Below are positions 14,297 through 26,842 of a DNA stretch of 36,001 bases, piece by piece. Within the stretch, counting starts at the first letter, position 1; every line of letters starts with the position of its first letter. Origin of the DNA: Nemertoderma westbladi. Taxonomy: Eukaryota > Animalia > Xenacoelomorpha. The stretch covers positions 1 to 36,001 of the forward strand of contig JAUCBJ010007543.1 of assembly GCA_032718475.1 (NCBI GenBank), given 5' to 3'. The notes beneath the pieces are model-generated. The model saw only the letters and a list, made by a program, of their open reading frames with translations. It was not told the DNA's origin and searched no databases. The position numbers and the translations under genes were made by a program.

Positions 14297-14448
14297 GTCA
14301 ATACCTAAAGAACTAGATAAGTGGGGTGTCCGGCCGGAAGATACTGGTACCGAGGACGGGGGGAAGTTAAACCTTCCGGACCCCGGAAACTTTATTCCCG
14401 TGTTCGACCACCATCTACTCAAACAAGACATCGAGCAGTTCGAGCCAG
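14297..14448 (+). CDS. SACS: Sacsin exon (SIPKELDKWGV...LPDPGNFIP...FEP)
   Basis: Acceptor TTTTTAG|, donor G|GTTAGA; LPxPGxxIP...FxPGE sacsin motif. Confidence 0.9.
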
Positions 14449-15558
14449 GTTAGATCATCCGAACCTATTAATTTATTGCCGATTTTAAAGGTAAATTTAT
14501 TATATTATAGGTAGATTAATATGTCTATGTTATCCCTGACCTCTGCTAAACGTCTCTGGCATACCATTGTATACCCAGCTGTTACCACGGGCGCGATATT
14601 TTCGTAGCCAATAAAACTGTTTCTGGTCTAGAACATGTTCAGAAGATCAGAGCCTTTTATTTTAAACTTTGGTGTGGAGTAAGTAAGTATTCCTACTCTT
14701 CTGCCATTCTGAAATCAATCGATGACGTCGATAATCCTGATTGTGACATCCAGCTGGATGCTCTATCTGGTTTTCGTCGCCGTGCAGCTGCACTAGCAAA
14801 AGTAATTGCTGGAAGGCAACTGTTGTTGGTTATGCAATAATCCCGCCCCATAGAAACTGCACTACAAAATCTGTCCCAGTATCCCCCCACTTAGAACAGA
14901 TCTCCAAATGGCCTTCTCCCTCCACACTTTAGAAAATTCAAAATAACCTTTAGCTATAATATATATATGTCTAATATTATAATTTCTATCGAACCCAACT
15001 GCCATGTCTCTTCTACTATAATCTACTTTATTATACCATTTATAAACCTCTGTGTATCTTAATAATAGTAATAATAATATATAATCTACCCATATCTATA
15101 AATATAACTTTATTATCCAATTCTCATGCTATTCCTTCTACTACAGATTTTACTCTCTAGAAATTACTGCATGCTACATGTACCTCTATTTTATTGGTTA
15201 CGATAACCTATTTTAGTAAGTATTTGCTGTATGTACTCTCTACTCTACTTTTAATGGTGCCCTTATTAATTAATTATAATTTTATGTTAATTTAATATTC
15301 CTTATGCATTGGAATCAAAGAAATCATAGTTCATAGGTAAATTTATGACGTCATTGTGGTTGTTTGTGACGTCACAAATCGTGACATCACGATCTTTGTC
15401 CTAATCTCCAATGATTTCCTTTATGTTGTTAGTGAGTCACCAACTTAAACTAATTCTTCTCATCCAAAACGTGACGTTAATTTTATAAATTATAAATTGA
15501 GTTTCTATGAACAACCGTACAATTACAGTATTTATTGTTTTATTGCACCGTGTTATAG

Positions 15559-15706
15559 GTGAATACGCTGGTTATGAATTAGAAGATCCCACGCTAGAGG
15601 GCGAACACGGTGATGCAACATATATTTACGTTGTAATAGTAGCGGAAATCAAAGAGATGGCAAGCGAAGATAGACAATCAGAAACTATAAATAACCTGAA
15701 TAGACA
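15559..15706 (+). CDS. SACS: Sacsin exon (GEYAGYELED...YIYVVIV...NLNR)
   Basis: Acceptor TTATAG|, donor CA|GTAAGT; GEYxGY...YxYAxI-like motif; the 3' end is the first unit of the 44-bp array. Confidence 0.9.
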
Positions 15707-18700
15707 GTAAGTTTAAACTAATCAGAAACTATAAATAACCTGAATAGACAGTAAGTTTAAACCAATCAGAAACTATAAATAACCTGAATAGACAGTAAGT
15801 TTAAACTAATCAGAAACTATAAATAACCTGAATAGACAGTAAGTTTAAACCAATCAGAAACTATAAATAACCTGAATAGACAGTAAGTTTAAACTAATCA
15901 GAAACTATAAATAACCTGAATAGACAGTAAGTTTAAACTAATCAGAAACTATAAATAACCTGAATAGACAGTAAGTTTAAACTAATCAGAAACTATAAAT
16001 AACCTGAATAGACAGTAAGTTTAAACTAATCAGAAACTATAAATAACCTGAATAGACAGTAAGTTTAAACTAATCAGAAACTATAAATAACCTGAATAGA
16101 CAGTAAGTTTAAACTAATCAGAAACTATAAATAACCTGAATAGACAGTAAGTTTAAACCAATCAGGAACTATAAATAACCTGAATAGACAGTAAGTTTAA
16201 ACTAATCAGAAACTATAAATAACCTGAATAGACAGTAAGTTTAAACCAATCAGGAACTATAAATAACCTGAATAGACAGTAAGTTTAAACCAATCAGGAA
16301 CTATAAATAACCTGAATAGACAGTAAGTTTAAACTAATCAGAAACTATAAATAACCTGAATAGACAGTAAGTTTAAACTAATCAGAAACTATAAATAACC
16401 TGAATAGACAGTAAGTTTAAACTAATCAGAAACTATAAATAACCTGAATAGACAGTAAGTTTAAACTAATCAGAAACTATAAATAACCTGAATAGACAGT
16501 AAGTTTAAACTAATCAGAAACTATAAATAACCTGAATAGACAGTAAGTTTAAACTAATCAGAAACTATAAATAACCTGAATAGACAGTAAGTTTAAACCA
16601 ATCAGAAACTATAAATAACCTGAATAGACAGTAAGTTTAAACTAATCAGAAACTATAAATAACCTGAATAGACAGTAAGTTTAAACTAATCAGAAACTAT
16701 AAATAACCTGAATAGACAGTAAGTTTAAACTAATCAGAAACTATAAATAACCTGAATAGACAGTAAGTTTAAACTAATCAGAAACTATAAATAACCTGAA
16801 TAGACAGTAAGTTTAAACCAATCAGGAACTATAAATAACCTGAATAGACAGTAAGTTTAAACTAATCAGAAACTATAAATAACCTGAATAGACAGTAAGT
16901 TTAAACCAATCAGGAACTATAAATAACCTGAATAGACAGTAAGTTTAAACTAATCAGAAACTATAAATAACCTGAATAGACAGTAAGTTTAAACTAATCA
17001 GAAACTATAAATAACCTGAATAGACAGTAAGTTTAAACCAATCAGAAACTATAAATAACCTGAATAGACAGTAAGTTTAAACTAATCAGAAACTATAAAT
17101 AACCTGAATAGACAGTAAGTTTAAACTAATCAGAAACTATAAATAACCTGAATAGACAGTAAGTTTAAACTAATCAGAAACTATAAATAACCTGAATAGA
17201 CAGTAAGTTTAAACTAATCAGAAACTATAAATAACCTGAATAGACAGTAAGTTTAAACTAATCAGAAACTATAAATAACCTGAATAGACAGTAAGTTTAA
17301 ACTAATCAGAAACTATAAATAACCTGAATAGACAGTAAGTTTAAACTAATCAGAAACTATAAATAACCTGAATAGACAGTAAGTTTAAACTAATCAGAAA
17401 CTATAAATAACCTGAATAGACAGTAAGTTTAAACTAATCAGAAACTATAAATAACCTGAATAGACAGTAAGTTTAAACTAATCAGAAACTATAAATAACC
17501 TGAATAGACAGTAAGTTTAAACTAATCAGAAACTATAAATAACCTGAATAGACAGTAAGTTTAAACTAATCAGAAACTATAAATAACCTGAATAGACAGT
17601 AAGTTTAAACTAATCAGAAACTATAAATAACCTGAATAGACAGTAAGTTTAAACTAATCAGAAACTATAAATAACCTGAATAGACAGTAAGTTTAAACTA
17701 ATCAGAAACTATAAATAACCTGAATAGACAGTAAGTTTAAACTAATCAGAAACTATAAATAACCTGAATAGACAGTAAGTTTAAACTAATCAGGAACTAT
17801 AAATAACCTGAATAGACAGTAAGTTTAAACTAATCAGAAACTATAAATAACCTGAATAGACAGTAAGTTTAAACTAATCAGAAACTATAAATAACCTGAA
17901 TAGACAGTAAGTTTAAACTAATCAGAAACTATAAATAACCTGAATAGACAGTAAGTTTAAACTAATCAGAAACTATAAATAACCTGAATAGACAGTAAGT
18001 TTAAACTAATCAGGAACTATAAATAACCTGAATAGACAGTAAGTTTAAACTAATCAGAAACTATAAATAACCTGAATAGACAGTAAGTTTAAACTAATCA
18101 GAAACTATAAATAACCTGAATAGACAGTAAGTTTAAACCAATCAGAAACTATAAATAACCTGAATAGACAGTAAGTTTAAACTAATCAGAAACTATAAAT
18201 AACCTGAATAGACAGTAAGTTTAAACTAATCAGAAACTATAAATAACCTGAATAGACAGTAAGTTTAAACTAATCAGGAACTATAAATAACCTGAATAGA
18301 CAGTAAGTTTAAACTAATCAGAAACTATAAATAACCTGAATAGACAGTAAGTTTAAACTAATCAGAAACTATAAATAACCTGAATAGACAGTAAGTTTAA
18401 ACTAATCAGAAACTATAAATAACCTGAATAGACAGTAAGTTTAAACTAATCAGAAACTATAAATAACCTGAATAGACAGTAAGTTTAAACTAATCAGAAA
18501 CTATAAATAACCTGAATAGACAGTAAGTTTAAACTAATCAGAAACTATAAATAACCTGAATAGACAGTAAGTTTAAACTAATCAGAAACTATAAATAACC
18601 TGAATAGACAGTAAGTTTAAACTAATCAGAAACTATAAATAACCTGAATAGACAGTAAGTTTAAACCAATCAGGAACTATAAATAACCTGAATAGACAGT

Positions 18701-20650
18701 AAGTTTAAACTAATCAGAAACTATAAATAACCTGAATAGACAGTAAGTTTAAACTAATCAGAAACTATAAATAACCTGAATAGACAGTAAGTTTAAACTA
18801 ATCAGAAACTATAAATAACCTGAATAGACAGTAAGTTTAAACTAATCAGAAACTATAAATAACCTGAATAGACAGTAAGTTTAAACCAATCAGGAACTAT
18901 AAATAACCTGAATAGACAGTAAGTTTAAACTAATCAGAAACTATAAATAACCTGAATAGACAGTAAGTTTAAACTAATCAGAAACTATAAATAACCTGAA
19001 TAGACAGTAAGTTTAAACTAATCAGAAACTATAAATAACCTGAATAGACAGTAAGTTTAAACTAATCAGAAACTATAAATAACCTGAATAGACAGTAAGT
19101 TTAAACTAATCAGAAACTATAAATAACCTGAATAGACAGTAAGTTTAAACCAATCAGAAACTATAAATAACCTGAATAGACAGTAAGTTTAAACTAATCA
19201 GGAACTATAAATAACCTGAATAGACAGTAAGTTTAAACTAATCAGAAACTATAAATAACCTGAATAGACAGTAAGTTTAAACTAATCAGAAACTATAAAT
19301 AACCTGAATAGACAGTAAGTTTAAACTAATCAGAAACTATAAATAACCTGAATAGACAGTAAGTTTAAACTAATCAGAAACTATAAATAACCTGAATAGA
19401 CAGTAAGTTTAAACTAATCAGAAACTATAAATAACCTGAATAGACAGTAAGTTTAAACTAATCAGGAACTATAAATAACCTGAATAGACAGTAAGTTTAA
19501 ACCAATCAGGAACTATAAATAACCTGAATAGACACTAGACAGTAAGTTTAAACTAATCAGAAACTATAAATAACCTGAATAGACAGTAAGTTTAAACTAA
19601 TCAGAAACTATAAATAACCTGAATAGACAGTAAGTTTAAACTAATCAGAAACTATAAATAACCTGAATAGACAGTAAGTTTAAACTAATCAGAAACTATA
19701 AATAACCTGAATAGACAGTAAGTTTAAACCAATCAGGAACTATAAATAACCTGAATAGACAGTAAGTTTAAACTAATCAGAAACTATAAATAACCTGAAT
19801 AGACAGTAAGTTTAAACCAATCAGAAACTATAAATAACCTGAATAGACAGTAAGTTTAAACCAATCAGAAACTATAAATAACCTGAATAGACAGTAAGTT
19901 TAAACTAATCAGAAACTATAAATAACCTGAATAGACAGTAAGTTTAAACTAATCAGAAACTATAAATAACCTGAATAGACAGTAAGTTTAAACTAATCAG
20001 AAACTATAAATAACCTGAATAGACAGTAAGTTTAAACTAATCAGAAACTATAAATAACCTGAATAGACAGTAAGTTTAAACTAATCAGAAACTATAAATA
20101 ACCTGAATAGACAGTAAGTTTAAACTAATCAGAAACTATAAATAACCTGAATAGACAGTAAGTTTAAACTAATCAGAAACTATAAATAACCTGAATAGAC
20201 AGTAAGTTTAAACTAATCAGAAACTATAAATAACCTGAATAGACAGTAAGTTTAAACTAATCAGAAACTATAAATAACCTGAATAGACAGTAAGTTTAAA
20301 CTAATCAGAAACTATAAATAACCTGAATAGACAGTAAGTTTAAACCAATCAGGAACTATAAATAACCTGAATAGACAGTAAGTTTAAACTAATCAGAAAC
20401 TATAAATAACCTGAATAGACAGTAAGTTTAAACTAATCAGAAACTATAAATAACCTGAATAGACAGTAAGTTTAAACCAATCAGGAACTATAAATAACCT
20501 GAATAGACAGTAAGTTTAAACCAATCAGAAACTATAAATAACCTGAATAGACAGTAAGTTTAAACCAATCAGAAACTATAAATAACCTGAATAGACAGTA
20601 AGTTTAAACCAATCTGGAACTATATATAACCTGAATAGACAGTAAGTTTA
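15676..20650 (+). repeat. 44-bp tandem satellite, ~113 copies, spanning the exon end and 5' splice site
   Basis: Unit AATCAGAAACTATAAATAACCTGAATAGACAGTAAGTTTAAACT; two recurrent SNP positions (CT/CC, AGA/AGG); one 7-nt insertion near 19535; no spacers. Confidence 0.98.
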
Positions 20651-20995
20651 TAGAGCTGAGGTAACGATAGTCAATACTATATTAGGCCTAGCTGTCAGTG
20701 CAGCGTGCAATGAAAGCACCCCTCCATCTTTCCAAAAGATGGTGCAGCTGGTGCGATGTGTTAGATCCTGCGTTATGATACTTCCCAGGAGGCATATAGT
20801 TCATCCATCGCTGAACCCCCTTTATGCTATGCAGTATCTCGTCTCCAGGGCAATACCATCAAAGTCTGTATTTTAAACGATTTTAACCCTTTACTAACCT
20901 ACATAATATTCTACCATTCGTAAACTTTGGTTTATTGTTTTGGTTCCCCAAATCTGCCTTCTGTATGATGCTCTGTTACTAACCGGCCTATATCG

Positions 20996-21424
20996 TTTTT
21001 TTTTTTTAATTAACATAATAAACCTAATCATATATTTTTAATGAATATAACTGGAGAACTGACCAGTAAACGGTGAACGACATGCAGCATGCATCACACT
21101 CGTGCGTACAGAGTAAAAACGTACAAAAACAGAACTACTTACAGGCCTACTGTACATGGAAAGAAGCCAGTGAGTTCCCGAATGGCCGGGCAATTCGCGT
21201 CACTGGATTCCGTCCACGGAAGGGGGGGAAACAGGTCCTCTGCGGAGCCACATCGCGGCATTCCCACGCCAAAATGTAACGGACAGGCGTTGGAATAGGT
21301 GCCTGGTCGCATCGGGAGCGGGAATGCCTCGACGGAGGCTCTGCTGGAGACGCACGATTTCCCAGAGGACTGCACTGGAGTCCGAGTCCCATCCACCCAG
21401 GGCCTCCAACACAAGAGGGGTGAA
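20996..21424 (-). mobile_element. 5'-truncated CRE-clade (RLE) non-LTR retrotransposon 3' end
   Basis: Minus-strand FTPLVLEALGGW...LFQRLSVTFWRGNAAMW (stop at 21200) matches the C-terminal FxPLxxExxGxW...QRLSVxxxRGNA pattern of CRE elements; followed by a 3' UTR and an A12 tail (T-run 20996-21007). Confidence 0.7.
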
Positions 21425-22155
21425 ATACAAATACAAATACAATTAGTGTTTGTGTGGTTAATTAATGTGTTTGTAGCCCAGAATGAAAGTAAAATGATGT
21501 TTGTCAAAAATGTAATACATTGGCCGGGGGGGGGGGGGGGGGGTAAACAATCTGGAGGGTGAGGTAGGGGTTCAATAGAGTAGTAGAGGAGTTTTAACAT
21601 ATGACACCGGTACATACAGTATGAATAAGGGTATTATTTTACCCCTGAGCCGATTTTTCCTGATTTCGTATCTGCTAAATCTGGATGCGTTTATAACAAA
21701 TCACAACAGAAACAGAACCCTTGCAAATTGGTTCCTTGTTACCCTCAGTACATAGATTACCCCGCCCTCTGCCCAACGTCTAACATTAATGGACTACCGC
21801 TACCAAGTAATTCATAAAGTAGTGTCGTTATAGTTTCAATATTTATTTGTTAAGTGTAAAAATTTTGTTACCAGAAATATAAGTTCCTTACGAATAACCA
21901 GCTATTTTTGTTCAATATTGCCAGATTGTAAAACTATTTGAAATTATTGTATAATGAGATACAAATAGAATGTATAATTTATTATATTAAACATATTAGA
22001 TAGGTAATTACTCTATTGATTTCAACCCTATAAAGATTATAAGAAGCCATCAATAGGAATTCATTTGAAATTAGTAGCAACAATAAAACAGTAACATCTG
22101 ACAACACCAAGTATAAATTATATTTTAATAAAGCGCTGCCTTTTTGTTTTAACAG

Positions 22156-22318
22156 TTACGTTGTGGATACGGGCGATAATGAAGGTGTAAAGGTGACCGC
22201 TACTGATCTTTATAAGTTTCACCGAACAGATCGAGTTTCTTCGATGGAGATTGTGGCTCACGATGGCGGCGTTAACAGTCTTCCTACATGGAGCGCCGCT
22301 ATAGATGTAGAGAAAAAG
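22156..22318 (+). CDS. SACS: Sacsin exon (YVVDTGDNEGVKVTATDLYKFHR...VEKK)
   Basis: Acceptor TTTTAACAG|, donor AAG|GTAGCT; YxxDxG...DLYKF sacsin motif; phase 2 matches the 15706 donor. Confidence 0.9.
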
Positions 22319-22652
22319 GTAGCTTGCAGATAAAAATCATCGAAATATAAACTACAGCATATCAAAGGCAGTCCTCTAAAAAACAGTTTACATTTAATGT
22401 ATTTCATACATTACCTTTAAGAAAATTATCAATAATTATTTTCAATTAAGCTGTACGTTGTATGTAGATGTATGAAAGTGTTAGTGAAAATTATATTGTG
22501 ATTAAAAAAACTATTATTATAAGTAAGTTGATACATGCGTTTAAGAATCAATGTAATTTAACTTCATTCTTTAGACCTTCTGATTTGTTGATTCAACTTT
22601 ACAAATAACTTAAAATATGTACGAATCTTAAATATTATTTTGTCATTTACAG

Positions 22653-22805
22653 GAAATTAGAAGGATTCTATTATCGGCGTGGGAATTGAACGAAGCCCAA
22701 CGAAAGAAAGTCATTAAGCGACTTCTACTGAAATGGCATCCGGATAAAGCTGTTACCTTAGACCCCGCTCTGTGCACCGAAGTAGTGCAGTTCATACAAA
22801 ACGAG
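22653..22805 (+). CDS. SACS: Sacsin J-domain (DnaJ) exon
   Basis: AWELNEAQRKKVIKRLLLKWHPDK with the HPD motif; acceptor TTTACAG|, first donor GAG|GTGAGT. Confidence 0.92.
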
Positions 22806-23003
22806 GTGAGTAGACCGGCTCTGTGCATCGAAGTAGTGCAGTTCATACAAAACGAGGTGAGTAGACCCGCTCTGTGCACCGAAGTAGTGCAGTTCATACA
22901 AAACGAGGTGAGTAGACCCGCTCTGTGCACCGAAGTAGTGCAGTTCATACAAAACGAGGTGAGTAGACCCGCTCTGTGCACCGAAGTAGTGCAGTTCATA
23001 CAA
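22759..23003 (+). repeat. 51-bp tandem repeat (~4.8 copies) spanning the J-domain exon end and donor
   Basis: Unit TAGACCCGCTCTGTGCACCGAAGTAGTGCAGTTCATACAAAACGAGGTGAG; GT donors at 22806, 22857, 22908, 22959. Confidence 0.97.
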
Positions 23004-23329
23004 ACTTCCCAGGGGAAAATCGACTCTAAAAACAGCTAATTACTCCCTGAAATATAATTGTAAGATGTTCTATGATGTTTTCGTTTATTGTTTTGGTTAG
23101 CATAACGTGCCTCTGTAACCTGCCCCTTTCCCTACATTGATAATTGAACATTTAGCGAGATATTAATTCCCCGAAATGGTATATGCATAAATTGTACCCC
23201 AAACTAAACCCGTACCAATGTGTTGGCAAGCATCGAAGTGTTACAATTACTGTATATACAGTAGGCCTAGACTGGTGTTGCAATTATATACAGTAGACTG
23301 GTGTTACAAATAGCTGTTGAATATTTCAG

Positions 23330-23527
23330 GTTTCGCGTCTTCATCAAATAGAAGAAGCCACAGCGAATCTCAACCAGCCAGCCGATAAGAAGTACAGCTA
23401 CATGTTTGATAACATCAACCAAAGGGCACAGGATCACAAGTACCAAAGGAAGAAATACCAAACACAATTCAAGAATCAAATAAATTCTGACAGTGGAAAT
23501 TTCTTAGTTCCACCAAGTTTTTCAAAG
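23330..23527 (+). CDS. SACS: Sacsin exon linking J and HEPN domains (VSRLHQ...FLVPPSFSK)
   Basis: Acceptor TTTCAG|, donor AAG|GTAAAA, 66 open codons; FxVPPxF motif precedes sacsin HEPN. Confidence 0.88.
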
Positions 23528-23997
23528 GTAAAAAAAAATATAAGTTAGCAATTGAATAAGTGAACATATCTAGGATCTGCATAATATAATTTATTGAATT
23601 ATTATTTATTTTACAAAAATAAAGTATAATTTAGTTCTTAAAATTGTAGATTCAAGATTAAAGATGGTGTTTTTGTCTAGGGTGGAGATGATTGCATTAG
23701 ATATACTGTACATAGGATTCACTTTGTACCTGAAAACGATTGTTAGTAGTCCTTCTATGATAATGGACCGTACTATGTAAATACCAAACGTGAATTGCAT
23801 TACCACAGAACAGAATAAACTCCCAAAAATTTACATGTAACCTGTTCTATTTACTTTCGTGTATTGTTTACGATTAATTCGCCGATATGGGATTTACATC
23901 AAGTGTTTCCCCTCCAAACCTCTACACCCCCCCCCCCCCCCCCCCTCCCCCATGTATCAATGTGTAATAAAACCACTTCCTTTTTATAATGTTCTAG

Positions 23998-24252
23998 AAT
24001 AATCCTCAGCCTGGGGAAGCGAGACGTTGGTTCAGACAGGCGCAGGCAGACTTCAAGGCGGCATCGAACGATAACAAAGATAACCCGAGCTATGAGTGGG
24101 TCTGTATGAAGTGTCACCAGGCAGTAGAGAAAGCCTTGATCTCTGCAGCATACGTAGTGAATGCGGAGCGCATAGACGCGGACCACAAACTCATCCTGTT
24201 GGCGAGTAGAACAGACGATCCGTTATTGAAGAGCGTGGCGGCCAGTTTACAG
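23998..24252 (+). CDS. SACS: Sacsin HEPN domain exon
   Basis: NPQPGEARRWFRQAQADF...YEWVCMKCHQAVEKALI; acceptor TTCTAG|, donor CAG|GTAATT. Confidence 0.93.
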
Positions 24253-24643
24253 GTAATTATTGAATTCCGATATGATCATAAATATCAAGGATTACAATTA
24301 TGTCAATTATCAATAAAATTATGATTTTTGTAATTTTTTCACTTTTTAAGAACTCGCCTACACACACCTACGTAAAGAGTTATTTCAGTTACTACGGAAA
24401 GCGAGAACCGGAACTTAGTCTTTTGTAACAAAATATTATGTAATTATAAAAATAATATTTGCATTGCCATAGAAACAAATATATTCCTAGCATTACGACA
24501 TTTGTTGCGTTTAAAGCAACCCTAATGGAATGTGTTACATTCTTACATAATGTAAATAAATATTTCGTTTAACGTTTTCATATAAATAAAATAACATGTA
24601 TATTTAAGTTTAAGGTAATAAAATCTGCTTGTTACATTCCAAG

Positions 24644-24811
24644 GCTCTCATTGGCGATATAAATAGAATGATGTACCCAGACAACCATAACTATCCAAAG
24701 ATTCCACACGATGACGTCACATCCGAAACCGCTGAGAAAGCTCTAACATTGTGCAAAACAGTTCTAGAACGAGTTCCAGAATTCATTCAAGACAAATTAT
24801 CACAACTATAA
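24644..24811 (+). CDS. SACS: Sacsin last coding exon (HEPN C-terminus)
   Basis: ALIGDINRMMYPDNHNYPKIPHD...SQL-stop; AAG| acceptor, phase 0. Confidence 0.88.
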   Translation, partial: ALIGDINRMMYPDNHNYPKIPHDDVTSETAEKALTLCKTVLERVPEFIQDKLSQL

Positions 24812-25693
24812 CTCATTATTAACATAAATATTGTTCATTTTAAAGTAATATAGCAGATAGAGGGGAGTGACCCAAATAATGAAATCGATTGTGCATGGAG
24901 ATATTGTGAGACTGGTCCGAGGTCTGTGGTTGATATACTGTAGTAGCGAGGTAATGCATTTATCAAACATTTCCTGTGTTTATAGTTATATTTATAAGTG
25001 ATGGTGTAACGAAATTTCGTTCGCTTCTTGTATCAATAGTGCGCTTGTTGTATTAGACAATAATTTACATGGTTATGATGAATATTAACACAAATATATA
25101 CAATAGAAATATATATATTGTCTTTTTGTTGTGAAACGCTCAATAACATTATATTGAGAGTGAGACCGTAATGTTACCTGACTTTTGCCTTTTTATACTG
25201 TTGGTTCTCGAGGTAAGCGATACTGTATACCATTACTACAACTAGTGTTCGTACATGATAGATGACATAATAAATCATTGCATTCTTATCTAGAAAGCGA
25301 GTAATAATATATCACGCAAACAACACATCCCAATCTGTCAGCAAATGTCAGTTAACAACTCCGTTAATCTTTGATGAAATTAAACCAAACTTAGTACACA
25401 AAGTACTGTACCAAGTTGAAATAGAATTTGCCTACAAAAAGGGGACTCAGCAGTTCCTTAATCTCACGCTAGATGGCAACGGTTGAAATAATGCTACCCG
25501 AATGATAAGCTTGCTGAGTTCGCCCGGGGCGAAGACCCCACGAAATGTAGTCACTATTATTGTACATAATATATTTACAAGAAATATTAACTTAATTAAG
25601 TTTATATAGCTTCATACACAATCCCTGGTACAAATTATTAAAATAAATAAATTAAATCAATGTCCAAATCATTAATAAATGTAGTTGAATTGT

Positions 25694-26842
25694 TCAGCCA
25701 ATTAAAGTTTCTTTAAGTTTTGTTACAACTTCGTGTATTCCCCGTTCCTGGATTTCGCCTTTAATGTCGGGGTATTTCGATAGAGCAGTGATAGCAGCAT
25801 CAACACTGGAGACAACGTCGGGGTTGTCTTGGTTTAATACCAAAGCATCAATCAACAAATCCAAGCCGTCGGCAGATCCGTCCTGGGAGTAGGAAATAAA
25901 CCCGAACGCGGAATATTCTTCGTGTTCGACTATATTAGCGAGGGTTCGACTCGCGAACTCGACGAATCGCTGCTCGGAGGGGAAGCGCAAGAGGGATTCC
26001 GCCAACCAAGGTACCACGCCCAGACCCGCAACCAATGGTAACACCCCCTGGAAGTTAGTGAGACCCCATAGGGCGCCAACCAGCGCAGTAACAAAGACCA
26101 CGTTGTCATGGTGACGGGATCCCGCCTGAAAAACCGTTGTGAAAATCTCAGAGGTAACCAGAACAGAGGAGTTGTTGATCTGAGTGCACAAACTCTGAAC
26201 CGCAGAGAAAGCTGAAACTAATAGCTCTACATTATCTGGATAAAATTCCATCAATTTTTTAAAGATTCCCAGAGACTGACGTGTCGCGAGCTTGTTTACA
26301 ACATCAGCATTGCTTAGCAACATAGACACGAGTTTGAGCCCAGTAGTGGCGGTGTCTTCCTGTAGACACCCAATCCTATCCAATAATTCCATAATCGTCT
26401 TGGTCACACTATCCTTAAACAATAACCCGTTGGTAGCGGAAACGGCCCAATTGGAAAGAACTCGAAAACCTGCGACAGGAATGTCCGACAGAACGTTATG
26501 TTTGTTACACGCGTTGATAATAGATTCCACATTGTCGTCGGTGAGCAGGAGATCGCACTCCTTACCAATGTCAACCACGTACTCGAGACTAGTCTTTACA
26601 GCCGCGTAATTGTCGCGGTATCGGTCGAGGTAATCGAGAAGTCCACCGACCCCGTCGGCAGTCGACGGAAGTTCCTCGGGTAGGATAAATTCCGGAGGAT
26701 TCGGTTCCGCTGATTTGGCGTCGAATAAACTAAACGCCCCAATGATGTAAGGATGACTCAGCATTCCTTTTAGCGAGCCCCGCCAACTTTGTTCCGTAAA
26801 CAACATTTTTCGGAGCATCTCCGATAAATCGTGGCCGTAATT
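25694..26842 (-). CDS. Last exon of a protein kinase(-like) + armadillo-repeat gene, STKLD1-like architecture
   Basis: Acceptor TTTACAG| then NYGHDLSEMLRKML...WRGSLKGMLSHPYI (kinase subdomain XI pattern) followed by ARM-like helical repeats (LVGALWGLT, ASRTLANI); 383 codons to the stop; upstream exons not seen in the window. Confidence 0.7.
   Translation of the reverse strand, partial: NYGHDLSEMLRKMLFTEQSWRGSLKGMLSHPYIIGAFSLFDAKSAEPNPPEFILPEELPSTADGVGGLLDYLDRYRDNYAAVKTSLEYVVDIGKECDLLLTDDNVESIINACNKHNVLSDIPVAGFRVLSNWAVSATNGLLFKDSVTKTIMELLDRIGCLQEDTATTGLKLVSMLLSNADVVNKLATRQSLGIFKKLMEFYPDNVELLVSAFSAVQSLCTQINNSSVLVTSEIFTTVFQAGSRHHDNVVFVTALVGALWGLTNFQGVLPLVAGLGVVPWLAESLLRFPSEQRFVEFASRTLANIVEHEEYSAFGFISYSQDGSADGLDLLIDALVLNQDNPDVVSSVDAAITALSKYPDIKGEIQERGIHEVVTKLKETLIG

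Noticed and set aside
15345-15392. Clustered TGACGTCA (CREB/ATF) sites
   Set aside because: Intronic, plausibly repeat-derived, no promoter context
15707-15725. 19-nt GT-AG micro-intron GTAAGTTTAAACTAATCAG in each unit
   Set aside because: Far below normal animal intron size (other introns here are hundreds of bp), and removal gives CAA AAC TAT AAA TAA, a stop
15676-20650. CRISPR array
   Set aside because: Head-to-tail identical units with no unique spacers, no cas genes, eukaryotic intron context
25490-25560. GC-rich palindrome TTCGCCCGGGGCGAA as a hammerhead ribozyme or SECIS between the convergent genes
   Set aside because: No CTGANGA core with paired stems and no in-frame TGA in either gene; more likely a Helentron/HINE-type repeat remnant
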